A program made the translations under genes and the position numbers. DNA of 64,000 bases. Origin: Phycisphaerales bacterium (lineage in GTDB: Bacteria; Planctomycetota; Phycisphaerae; Phycisphaerales; SM1A02). Below the pieces are notes generated by a model, which saw only the letters and a program-made list of their open reading frames with translations, did not search any database and was not told where the DNA came from. Location: the NCBI GenBank assembly GCA_965227335.1, contig CBDDFV010000001.1, positions 771,627-835,626 on the forward strand, read 5' to 3'. Shown here one piece after another: positions 1 through 8,180 of the stretch. Positions within the stretch are counted from its first letter, which is position 1. Each line of letters starts with the position of its first letter.

Positions 1-31
1 ACGCCCGGGTTCAAGAATACGGTCGTCACCG

Positions 32-583
32 TCACCCCAGCCGGCTGAGATCGTCCGGCGTGTTCACGTTGGCGAACCCGCTGTCGTCATCGACCTCGAC
101 GATCCGCGCCGCCGGGTCGTCGAGCAGGCGGTGCAGCGAACGGACGCCGTCCGCCAGTAACGCGTCGATCCGTGCCAGCATCGAGGCGTGAACGAGCAGC
201 GGCAGGGGATGGAGGCGTTCCCGCGTGCGATACGCGGCGAGCCGCGCCTCGATGTCCGCGAGCGTGCGGAGCCGGGGCCCGGTGAGGCGGGGCATGTCGC
301 AGGGGATCACGAGATATCGCGCGGCGGCGCCGGACCTGAGCACGCTCGCGACCGCCGCGAGCGGACCGGCGCCGGGCGTGTCGTCCGCGACGATCGGGAC
401 GTCGGAGGCAATCTCGATCGACGGCGCGCCGGCGATGAGGACGTCGTCAGTGATCGCACGCATCAGCGCCAGCGCGGCGTGCAGCATCGTGCGCCCGTCG
501 GAAAGCTCGATCGCATCCTTGGACCGGCCCATCCGCCGACTCGCTCCCCCCGCCAGCACCACGCCCGTGAGGTCAGCCGGCAT
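32..583 (-). CDS. mobA: molybdenum cofactor guanylyltransferase (MobA)
   Basis: 183-aa ORF. N-terminal nucleotidyltransferase loop VVLAGGASRRMG, then GPLAAV and VIPCDMP motifs typical of MobA. Start overlaps the stop of the upstream MOSC gene by 11 nt (operon). Confidence 0.85.
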   Translation of the reverse strand: MPADLTGVVLAGGASRRMGRSKDAIELSDGRTMLHAALALMRAITDDVLIAGAPSIEIASDVPIVADDTPGAGPLAAVASVLRSGAAARYLVIPCDMPRLTGPRLRTLADIEARLAAYRTRERLHPLPLLVHASMLARIDALLADGVRSLHRLLDDPAARIVEVDDDSGFANVNTPDDLSRLG

Positions 584-1043
584 GGGCGGGCGCCGGCGTG
601 CGGCTCATCCGCGCGCCGGGACGCAGCACGCCCGGCGTCACGACCTTCGCGTAGAAGCCGCACCGCCCCACGATCGCCCGCTTCAACTCCGGATCGATCG
701 CGTCCAGCACGTAGCACGGCTTGCGGACTTTCGTGAGTTCGATCACCACGCCCCCGTCAAAGGTCAGGACGTCCCCGATGGCGCACGCGTCGACGTCCGC
801 CCCGGCGAGCGTGACGTTCTCCCCCGTCGCGCCGGGGTAGACGTCGAATCCCTCGCGCCGAAGATCGTCGTAGTCCTCGACGTCAAGGAGACTGACCGCC
901 TGGAGCGGCGTGTTGTGCTTCTCGTGGTCGTGGGCGTCGCCCGCGAGTCCGGCGTGCGTGATCTCCACGGCCGGAAGGGGCCGCTTGGGAACGCCGCCGT
1001 TCGAGATGTTCAGGGCGATGACCACGCCGCGCTGCTCGCTCAT
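573..1043 (-). CDS. MOSC domain-containing protein
   Basis: 156-aa ORF with MOSC-like sequence (HAGLAGDAHD, PGATGENVTL, VRKPCYVL with the conserved Cys). ATG 1043 has no SD but a TATCAT box 7 nt upstream. Confidence 0.75.
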   Translation of the reverse strand: MSEQRGVVIALNISNGGVPKRPLPAVEITHAGLAGDAHDHEKHNTPLQAVSLLDVEDYDDLRREGFDVYPGATGENVTLAGADVDACAIGDVLTFDGGVVIELTKVRKPCYVLDAIDPELKRAIVGRCGFYAKVVTPGVLRPGARMSRTPAPAHAG

Positions 1044-1050
1044 GCGGAAG

Positions 1051-1056
1051 ATGATA
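1051..1056 (-). promoter_or_regulatory. -10-like box TATCAT, 7 nt upstream of MOSC ATG
   Basis: Minus strand reads TATCAT-cttccgc-ATG. No SD. Confidence 0.4.
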
Positions 1057-1093
1057 CGCTGCCCGCGTCAAAGATTCGAAAGGACGCACGAAG

Positions 1094-1876
1094 ATGAAAT
1101 CGCTGGCGGGACGACATGCAATCGTGTGCGGCAGCACGCAGGGCATCGGGAAGGCGTGCGCCGAGGCGCTGGCCCGGGACGGCGCGGCGGTCACGCTCGT
1201 CGCCCGCCATCGCGGCGGACTCGAACAGGTCCGCGACAGTCTGCCGACCGACGTCGGGCAGGAGCACGATTATGTCCAGGCGGACTTCCACGAGCCGTAT
1301 GAGCTGGCGGAGAGGATCGCCGCCCACGTGGAGAAGAATCCCGCGGACATCCTGATCAACAACAGCGGGGGGCCGCCGGCGGGCCAGGCGATCGCGGCGT
1401 CCGTCGAGGAGTTCGAGAAGGCGTTCAAGCAGCATCTCGTCTGCAATCAACTGCTCGTCCAGTGCGCCGCTCCGTATATGCGCGACACCGGCTACGGACG
1501 CATCGTCAACATCATCTCGACCTCCGTCATCACGCCGATCAAGGGGCTCGGCGTCTCGAACACGATCCGCGGGGCCGTGGGCAACTGGGGACGGACCCTC
1601 GCGGCGGAGCTCGGTCCCTTCGGCATCACCGTCAACAACGTGCTTCCCGGCTTCACCGCGACCGCGCGTCTGACCGCGCTGCTGACCGGGCGGGCCGAGC
1701 GCGAGGGCTCGACGCTCGCCGAGGTCGAGGCCCGCATCAAGTCGATCATTCCCGCCAACCGTTTCGCGGACCCGACGGAGATCGCGGACGTGGTCGCGTT
1801 CCTGGCCTCGCCCGCCGCGGGCTACGTGAACGGCGTGAACCTGCCCGTCGACGGCGGGCGCGTCGCCGCGAGCTGA
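1094..1876 (+). CDS. short-chain dehydrogenase/reductase family protein (non-canonical active site)
   Basis: 260 aa. Rossmann GSTQGIG, NNSGG and LPGF motifs. Aligns without gaps to FabG-type SDRs around the active site. AAAGGA SD-like box 9 nt upstream. Confidence 0.85.
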   Translation: MKSLAGRHAIVCGSTQGIGKACAEALARDGAAVTLVARHRGGLEQVRDSLPTDVGQEHDYVQADFHEPYELAERIAAHVEKNPADILINNSGGPPAGQAIAASVEEFEKAFKQHLVCNQLLVQCAAPYMRDTGYGRIVNIISTSVITPIKGLGVSNTIRGAVGNWGRTLAAELGPFGITVNNVLPGFTATARLTALLTGRAEREGSTLAEVEARIKSIIPANRFADPTEIADVVAFLASPAAGYVNGVNLPVDGGRVAAS

Positions 1877-3324
1877 TGACCATGGAGACGCTCACGAACT
1901 ACATCGGCGGCGAACAGCGGGCGCCCGAGAGCGGGGCGTACCTTGACAACATCGATCCTTCGACGGGACAGGTCTACAGCCGGATCCCCCGCTCCGACGA
2001 ACGCGACGTCGAAGCCGCGGTCGAAGCCGCCCGCGCGGCCCAGCCCGCGTGGGGCAACGCCGCCGCCGACGAGCGCAGCCGCGTCATGCTGCGCGTCGCC
2101 GACCTGATCGAACGCGATCTCGACGACCTCGCCCGCGCCGAGTGCGTCGACAACGGCAAGCCCCTCAAGCTCGCCCGCGCCGTCGACATCCCGCGGGCCG
2201 TCTCCAACTTCCGCTTCTTCGCCACCGCGATCCTGCACACCCGCACGGACTGCCACGATCAGCACCCGATCTCGCTGAACTACACGCTCCGCCGACCGAT
2301 CGGCGTCGTCGGCTGCATCTCGCCGTGGAACCTGCCGCTCTACCTGTTCACATGGAAGATCGCCCCGGCCCTCGCCACGGGCAACGCGGTGGTGGCCAAG
2401 CCCTCGGAAGTGACGCCGTACACCGCGTGGAAGCTCGGCGAACTGTGCGCGGAAGCGGGGATGCCGCCCGGCGTGCTCAACATCGTCCACGGCGACGGCG
2501 GCGGCGCGGGCGCGGCGATCGTCGAACACCCGGCCGTGAAGGCGATCTCGTTCACCGGCGGCACCTCGACCGGCGCCGCGATCGCACGCACCGCCGCCCC
2601 GGTGTTCAAGAAGCTGTCGCTGGAGCTCGGCGGAAAGAACCCGAATCTCGTGTTTGCGGACGCCGATTTCGACGCCGCGCTGTCCACATCCGTCCGCGCG
2701 GCCTTCGCCAACCAGGGGCAGATCTGCCTCTGCGGCTCCCGCATCCTCGTGGAGCAGTCGATCCACGACCAGTTCGTCGAGGCGTTCGTCGAGAAGGTGA
2801 AGACCCTGACCGTCGGCGATCCGCTGGACGAAGACAGTCGCCTCGGCGCGATCGTCTCGCGTGCACACCTCGAGAAGATCGCGGCCATGGTCGACCGCGC
2901 CCGCGATGACGGCGGACGCATCCGCTGCGGCGGCGAGATCGTGCAGGTTGCGTCCGACCGCTGCCGCGACGGCTGCTTCTACGCCCCGACCGTGATCACC
3001 GGCCTGCCCTCGACGTGCGAGGCGAACCAGGAGGAGATCTTCGGTCCCGTCGTGACGATCCAGCCCTTCAACGACGAGACGCACGCCCTCGAACTCGCCA
3101 ACAACGTGAAGTACGGTCTCGCGAGCATGATCTGGACCAACGACCTCCGACGCGCGCACCGCGTGGCGGCGGCGGTCGAAGCCGGCGTCGTCTGGATCAA
3201 CTGCTGGCTCGTCCGCGACCTCCGCACGCCGTTCGGCGGCATGAAGGCCAGCGGCGTCGGACGCGAAGGCGGCGAGGAAGCCCTCCGGTTCTTCACCGAA
3301 CCGAAGAACATCTGTCTCGCTTAG
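1876..3324 (+). CDS. NAD(P)-dependent aldehyde dehydrogenase
   Basis: In-frame ATG at 1876 overlaps the SDR stop (TGATG). ALDH hallmarks: FTGGTSTG, catalytic Glu in LELGGKNP, catalytic Cys in NQGQICLCGSR, EEIFGPV. The N-terminal 138 aa of the 620-aa track ORF are Arg-rich and lie out of frame over the 3' part of the SDR gene. Confidence 0.9.
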   Translation: MTMETLTNYIGGEQRAPESGAYLDNIDPSTGQVYSRIPRSDERDVEAAVEAARAAQPAWGNAAADERSRVMLRVADLIERDLDDLARAECVDNGKPLKLARAVDIPRAVSNFRFFATAILHTRTDCHDQHPISLNYTLRRPIGVVGCISPWNLPLYLFTWKIAPALATGNAVVAKPSEVTPYTAWKLGELCAEAGMPPGVLNIVHGDGGGAGAAIVEHPAVKAISFTGGTSTGAAIARTAAPVFKKLSLELGGKNPNLVFADADFDAALSTSVRAAFANQGQICLCGSRILVEQSIHDQFVEAFVEKVKTLTVGDPLDEDSRLGAIVSRAHLEKIAAMVDRARDDGGRIRCGGEIVQVASDRCRDGCFYAPTVITGLPSTCEANQEEIFGPVVTIQPFNDETHALELANNVKYGLASMIWTNDLRRAHRVAAAVEAGVVWINCWLVRDLRTPFGGMKASGVGREGGEEALRFFTEPKNICLA

Positions 3325-3350
3325 GTCGGGATCGCATCCCGACATCGAAC
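3322..3350 (+). repeat. REP-like palindromic element fused to the stop codon (copy 1)
   Basis: TAG GTCGGGAT CGC ATCCCGAC ATCGAAC. The 8-bp perfect stem starts at the base after the ALDH TAG stop. Confidence 0.7.
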
Positions 3351-3422
3351 GGGCGCTTGCGGGCGGGCGATGGCGGTCGGGTCCGCACCCCGCGCCGTCC
3401 ACGAGTTCGCCGTCAGCGGTAG

Positions 3423-3443
3423 GGTCCGCACCCCGTGCGGACC
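3423..3443. terminator. hairpin in convergent intergenic spacer
   Basis: GGTCCGCA CCCCG TGCGGACC, a perfect 8-bp stem. A partial direct copy, GGGTCCGCACCCCG, is also at 3379-3392. No T-tract. Confidence 0.4.
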
Positions 3444-3529
3444 ATTTGAGCTGTTCATCGCCGTCCCCGAATTCGCCGTCGGTCCGGTCCCGGGCCCAAC
3501 CACGACCCCGCCGTCCGGACGACGCCCTG

Positions 3530-4939
3530 TCAGGATCCGATCCCGACCGACACGATCTCCTTGACCCACCCGATCGACTCTTCGGTCGTATTGGTCCCCC
3601 CGATCGACATCCGGATCACGTACCGCCCGTCCACCCTCGCGTGACTCAGGTACACCCGTCCCGACTCGTTCAACGTCCGGTGCAACGCCTCTGTCGCGGC
3701 GTCGCCGTCGCGATGGGAGAAACACACCAGGTTCAGCGGCGGGTCCTTCAGCAATTCCAGATGCGGCTGCTCCCGCACCCACGCCGCGAAGTCCTGCGTC
3801 AGGCCCACATGCTCGCGCACGCGCTCGCGCAAACCTTCGACGCCGTAGTGCCGGATCACGAACCACAGCTTCAGCGCCCGGAACCGGCGCCCCAGCGGCA
3901 CGTGCCAGTCGCGATAGTCGAAGACGTCGCCCGCGAGCGTCGCGTCGTTCTTGAGATACTCCGGGAGGATCGAAAGCGTGCGGATCAGGGCCGCGCGATC
4001 GGCGACGTAGAACGCATCGCAGTCGAAGTTCGTGAACATCCACTTGTGCGGGTTGAAGCAGTAGCTGTCGGCGAGCTCCACGCCGTCCTGCAGATGACGA
4101 AACTCCGGACACAACGCCGCCGTGCCGCTCATCGCCGCGTCGACGTGCAGCCAGATGTCGCGCCGCCGACACAATTCGCCGATCGGACGCACCGGGTCCA
4201 TGCCGTTCGACGCCGTGGTCCCGACCGTCGCCCCCACGAAGAACGGGATGCACCCCGCCCGGCGGTCCGCCTCGATCGCGGCCCGCAACGCACTGACGTC
4301 CATGCCCTGCTGGCCATCCACGGGAATCAGCCGCAGGAACTGCCGGCCCAGACCCGCGATCATCATCGCCTTCTCGACCGATGAGTGCGCCTCGACCGAG
4401 GTGTAGGCGGTCATGCGGCGGGTCCCCGCCCCGGACTGATTCACCGTCCAGTCCGTCGCCCGCTCCCGCGCGGCGAGCAACGCGCACAGACTCGCGCTCG
4501 ACGCCGTGTCCTGAATCACCCCGCCGCCCTTGCCGCTCGAAAGGAACGTCTCCGGCAGCCCGAGCATCCCGACCAGCCAGTCGAGCACGTGCGTCTCGAC
4601 CTCCGTGCATGCGGGGCTCGTCTGCCAGAGCATGCCCTGGACGCCGAGACCCGCCGCGAGCAGCTCGCCGAGAATCGCCGGCCCCGACGTGTTCGCCGGG
4701 AAGAACGCGAAGAACCCGGGGTGCTGCCAGTGCGTGAGCCCCGGCATGACGACGTCCTCGATGTCGCGCAGCATCGCGTCGAACGATTCGCCCGTCACGG
4801 GCGGACGCTTCGGCAGCGCGGCCCGAACCTGTCCGGGCTGCACCTCCGACAGCACGCGGCGTTCGCCGACCGTTTCGAGATAGTCGGCGATCCAGTCGAT
4901 CATGGCGCGGCCGCGCCGACGGAACTCGTCCGCCGACAT
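3530..4939 (-). CDS. pyridoxal-dependent aromatic-L-amino-acid/tyrosine decarboxylase family protein
   Basis: Homology-like sequence begins at MSADEFRRRG (ATG 4939), not at the 593-aa track start. Group II decarboxylase motifs HWQHPGFFAFFP and GGGVIQDTASSA, and the PLP lysine in FNPHKW. Confidence 0.85.
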   Translation of the reverse strand: MSADEFRRRGRAMIDWIADYLETVGERRVLSEVQPGQVRAALPKRPPVTGESFDAMLRDIEDVVMPGLTHWQHPGFFAFFPANTSGPAILGELLAAGLGVQGMLWQTSPACTEVETHVLDWLVGMLGLPETFLSSGKGGGVIQDTASSASLCALLAARERATDWTVNQSGAGTRRMTAYTSVEAHSSVEKAMMIAGLGRQFLRLIPVDGQQGMDVSALRAAIEADRRAGCIPFFVGATVGTTASNGMDPVRPIGELCRRRDIWLHVDAAMSGTAALCPEFRHLQDGVELADSYCFNPHKWMFTNFDCDAFYVADRAALIRTLSILPEYLKNDATLAGDVFDYRDWHVPLGRRFRALKLWFVIRHYGVEGLRERVREHVGLTQDFAAWVREQPHLELLKDPPLNLVCFSHRDGDAATEALHRTLNESGRVYLSHARVDGRYVIRMSIGGTNTTEESIGWVKEIVSVGIGS

Positions 4940-4968
4940 GTGCGCGCCGGGCTGGGCGTCCGGCGTCG

Positions 4969-6672
4969 TCACGCGGGAAGCGTCTCGAGTTGCGCCCGCA
5001 CGGCCGTCATGAGCGTCGCCATTGTCGCGGCGCCGAAATCGAACTTGAGGTCCGCCGCCTCGAACAGCTCCGGCAGCGGACGCGAGCCGCCCAGCCGCAT
5101 CGCCCGGCGGTAGTTCTCGAACGCCTGCTGTTCGTCCTGCAGCGACTGCAGCCACAACTGCACCGCCCCGAGCTGCGCGATGCCGTACTCGATGTAGTAG
5201 AAGGGCACGACGAAGATGTGCAGCTGCCGGTGCCAGCTGTGAGCGCGATACGGCTCGAGCCCGTCCCAGCTCGCGGACGTCCCGAACCGCTCCTGCAGAT
5301 GCTCCCAGCACTGCCGCCGTTCCTCCCGCGAATGCCCGACGTTGGTGTAGATCCAGTGCTGAAACGCGTCGACGGTCGACGTCCAGGCGAACAGCCGCGG
5401 CAGATCCTCCAGCGCCTGTCGCTTCGCCCGGGCCGCCTCCGCGTCGTCGTAGAACGCGCTGAAATACGGCTGGGCGAGCAGCTCCATGCTCATCGACGCG
5501 ACTTCCGCGAACTCGATCGGGGCGTGCCGGTAGTGCAGCAGCGGTTCATGCTGCGACAGGATCGAATGGAACGCGTGGCCCGCCTCGTGGATCATCGTTT
5601 CGAGATCCCGGTGCATGCCCGAGGCGTTCATGAAGATGAACGGCGTCCGCTCGCGGTCGCGGGTCTCCTGGTACCCGCCCGGGGCCTTGCCCTTCCGCGA
5701 CACCAGATCCAGGCTGCGCCCGTCGCGCAGCGTGTCGAACATGGCGCCGAACTCGTTGTCCATGGCGCCGAACAGTTCGCTCGTCCGGGCCTCCAGTTCC
5801 TCGCCGCCGTCGAACGGACGCAGCGGCTCCCGACCGTGCACGTCGACGGCGAGGTCCCACGGTCGGAGCGGATCGACGCCGAGCATCGTCGCCCGCTGCC
5901 GCTCGAGATCGCGCAGCAACGGCACGCACACCTTCTCCGCCGCGTCGTGATACGCCTCGCAGTCGGCGGGACTGTAGTCGAACCGGTGTTTCGCCTTGAA
6001 CATGTAGTCGCGGAAGTTGTCGAAGCCGGCGTTGGTCGCCATCTCATGCCGCAGCGCGACCATGCGGTCGAAGATGTCGTTCATCCGGTCCGCATCCTGA
6101 TGACGCCGTTCCGCCACCAGCCGCCACGCCTCCTCCCGCGTGGCCCGGTCCGTCTCCTCCAGATGCCGGCCCATCTGCGGCAGCGTCTTTTCCTCGCCGC
6201 GGAACTCGACCGTCATCGCCCCGTTGATCTCGTCGTACTGCTGGCCGAGCTTCGTGTCCTCCGTCGAGAGCGGGATGTTCTCGGGGCGGAAGATCTCGAC
6301 GTCCGCCCGCAGGTCCCGCAGCATCACGTCGTACTTGCCGTTGAGACGGCTCGCGAACGGATGCTCCACGATCTTCCGGTCCAGCTCGAAGCCGACTTCC
6401 TTGAGCTTCGGCGCCGTGTTCTCCACGAAGTCGAGATACGCCCGCTTCCGGTCCTGATCGTCCGTCTGACACGTCATCGCGATGTACAGATTCGCGTGCG
6501 CCTCGTTCGCCGCCGCGTCGAGCTCGGACCGATCCAGAATCAGCTGCTCCAGCTCGTCCGCATCGCCGATCTCACGGTCGATGAGCGCGCGGTAATAGGA
6601 CTCCAGCGTCGACCATTGCGAACCGTCGAGATCCGCGGGAATGAAATGCGTCGGAATGGTGAACGTCGTCAT
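4969..6672 (-). CDS. pepF: M3 family oligoendopeptidase (PepF-like)
   Basis: 567 aa. Zinc motif MIHEAGHAFH with downstream EFAEVAS glutamate. GAGG SD 5 nt upstream. Only 29 nt from the downstream decarboxylase gene. Confidence 0.85.
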   Translation of the reverse strand: MTTFTIPTHFIPADLDGSQWSTLESYYRALIDREIGDADELEQLILDRSELDAAANEAHANLYIAMTCQTDDQDRKRAYLDFVENTAPKLKEVGFELDRKIVEHPFASRLNGKYDVMLRDLRADVEIFRPENIPLSTEDTKLGQQYDEINGAMTVEFRGEEKTLPQMGRHLEETDRATREEAWRLVAERRHQDADRMNDIFDRMVALRHEMATNAGFDNFRDYMFKAKHRFDYSPADCEAYHDAAEKVCVPLLRDLERQRATMLGVDPLRPWDLAVDVHGREPLRPFDGGEELEARTSELFGAMDNEFGAMFDTLRDGRSLDLVSRKGKAPGGYQETRDRERTPFIFMNASGMHRDLETMIHEAGHAFHSILSQHEPLLHYRHAPIEFAEVASMSMELLAQPYFSAFYDDAEAARAKRQALEDLPRLFAWTSTVDAFQHWIYTNVGHSREERRQCWEHLQERFGTSASWDGLEPYRAHSWHRQLHIFVVPFYYIEYGIAQLGAVQLWLQSLQDEQQAFENYRRAMRLGGSRPLPELFEAADLKFDFGAATMATLMTAVRAQLETLPA

Positions 6673-6744
6673 GGGGCCTCGCTCAGGCGGACCAGCGTCC
6701 GCAGGGATCGAAAGGAGAGAGCTTCGCGCGCGACCGGGTCCGGC

Positions 6745-7662
6745 TCAGGTCTGCGCATCGTGATGAATCGGGGTCTGGCCGATCGACGTCGCGGCGACGG
6801 CGGGCAGGTCGAGCCGCTCGACGATCGCCGCCGCGAGATGCGTCGCGTGCAACTCGTCGTCGCACAGCACGAACAGGGAGGCGCCGCTGCCGGACAGCGC
6901 GGCGGGACGCTCCGCCAGCGCCGACACGTCCTTCAACGCCGCGCCGATCGCCGGCGCCGTCTCGATCGCGGCGTCGGTGAGATCGTTGAACAGCCCGTCC
7001 GGACGCACCACGCCGTTCGACCGCACCCGCAGGGCGTGGACGAGGTCAGGATTCAGCGTCGTGCCGCCGAGTTCGTCGTAGCCGCGATACACGTCGCCGG
7101 TCGGGCACGCGGCGTCGGGGAAGACCAGCGCCGCGTACACCTGCGGCGCCTCATCGTGCGGCTCGATCGCGTCGCCCCGCCCCTCGACCGTCGCCGCTCC
7201 GCCCCGGATCAGAAACGGCACATCCGAGCCGAGGCCGGCGCCGACGCCGCGCAGTTCATCCTCGCTCAGGCCGAGATCGTAGAGGGCGTTGACCGCCCGC
7301 AGCATCGCCGCGGCGTCGGAGGAGCCGCCGCCCAGGCCGCCGCCGACGGGGATGCGTTTTTCGAGCTTGAGCTGGACCGGCAGCTTGCGATCGACGAGAT
7401 CCTCGAGCGCCAGGTGGGCCCGCACCGCGAGATCGCTGGTGATGGACCAGTCGATTTCGCTCCGCCGGGGCGCCTCCTCGTGCCACAGGATCGCGTAACG
7501 CGAGAAGTAGTCCTCGGGGAGCCGCCGGACTTCGAGATCATCAAACAACGTCACCGTCTGCATCCAGGAGCAGATCGGGTGCAGGCCGTCGTCCTCGGGC
7601 GGCCCGACGGAGAGGGCGAGATTCAGCTTGGCGGGCGCCTGGAGACGCACAACATCGGTCAT
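6745..7662 (-). CDS. ispE: 4-(cytidine 5'-diphospho)-2-C-methyl-D-erythritol kinase
   Basis: GHMP kinase. N-terminal APAKLNLAL and ATP loop PVGGGLGGGSSDAAA. ATG 7662 (MTDVVRLQAPAKLNL) preferred over the TTG at 7701 used by the ORF track. Confidence 0.85.
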   Translation of the reverse strand: MTDVVRLQAPAKLNLALSVGPPEDDGLHPICSWMQTVTLFDDLEVRRLPEDYFSRYAILWHEEAPRRSEIDWSITSDLAVRAHLALEDLVDRKLPVQLKLEKRIPVGGGLGGGSSDAAAMLRAVNALYDLGLSEDELRGVGAGLGSDVPFLIRGGAATVEGRGDAIEPHDEAPQVYAALVFPDAACPTGDVYRGYDELGGTTLNPDLVHALRVRSNGVVRPDGLFNDLTDAAIETAPAIGAALKDVSALAERPAALSGSGASLFVLCDDELHATHLAAAIVERLDLPAVAATSIGQTPIHHDAQT

Positions 7663-7668
7663 GCCGAC

Positions 7669-7674
7669 ATGATA
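7669..7674 (-). promoter_or_regulatory. -10-like box TATCAT, 6 nt upstream of ispE ATG
   Basis: Minus strand reads TATCAT-gtcggc-ATG. No SD. Confidence 0.4.
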
Positions 7675-7784
7675 CGCGCCAGATTCCCGGAATCCGACCA
7701 AAGCCGGGACCGGGGCGGGTCGATGAGACCGCAGTCCGGATCCGTCTCGCCGCCCGCCCCGACGCGGCCGGCCGGGAGCCCGCC

Positions 7785-8123
7785 ATGAACGAGCGACGCC
7801 AGCAGAATCGACTCGCCATCACCATGCCCTGCAAGGCCTACGACCCCCAGACGGGCCGGTACGTGCCGGCGCGGACGTGCGATGTCTCCAATGGCGGGGC
7901 CCTCATCGAAACCGATCGTCCCGGCGGCCTGACCCCCGGCGATCGCATCCACCTCGGCCTCGGACACGCCCCGCAGACCGGGGCCCTGATCCGCAACGAC
8001 TCGATGCTTCGCGCCCGCGTCCTCCGACGCGAAGACCCCGACACCGGCGCCGTCCGGCTCGCCCTTCGCTTCGACCAGCCCACGACGCTGCTCGCCACGT
8101 CCGAACTTCGACGCGCCGCCTGA
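7785..8123 (+). CDS. PilZ domain protein (c-di-GMP receptor candidate)
   Basis: 112 aa. RRQQNR (RxxxR) followed about 24 aa later by DVSNGG (DxSxxG). GGGAG SD 6 nt upstream. Confidence 0.7.
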   Translation: MNERRQQNRLAITMPCKAYDPQTGRYVPARTCDVSNGGALIETDRPGGLTPGDRIHLGLGHAPQTGALIRNDSMLRARVLRREDPDTGAVRLALRFDQPTTLLATSELRRAA

Positions 8124-8180
8124 CCATTCCGTATTGCATACTTGCCTCCGACCCCGAGCCCGGAACGAGGAGGCGTCCAC

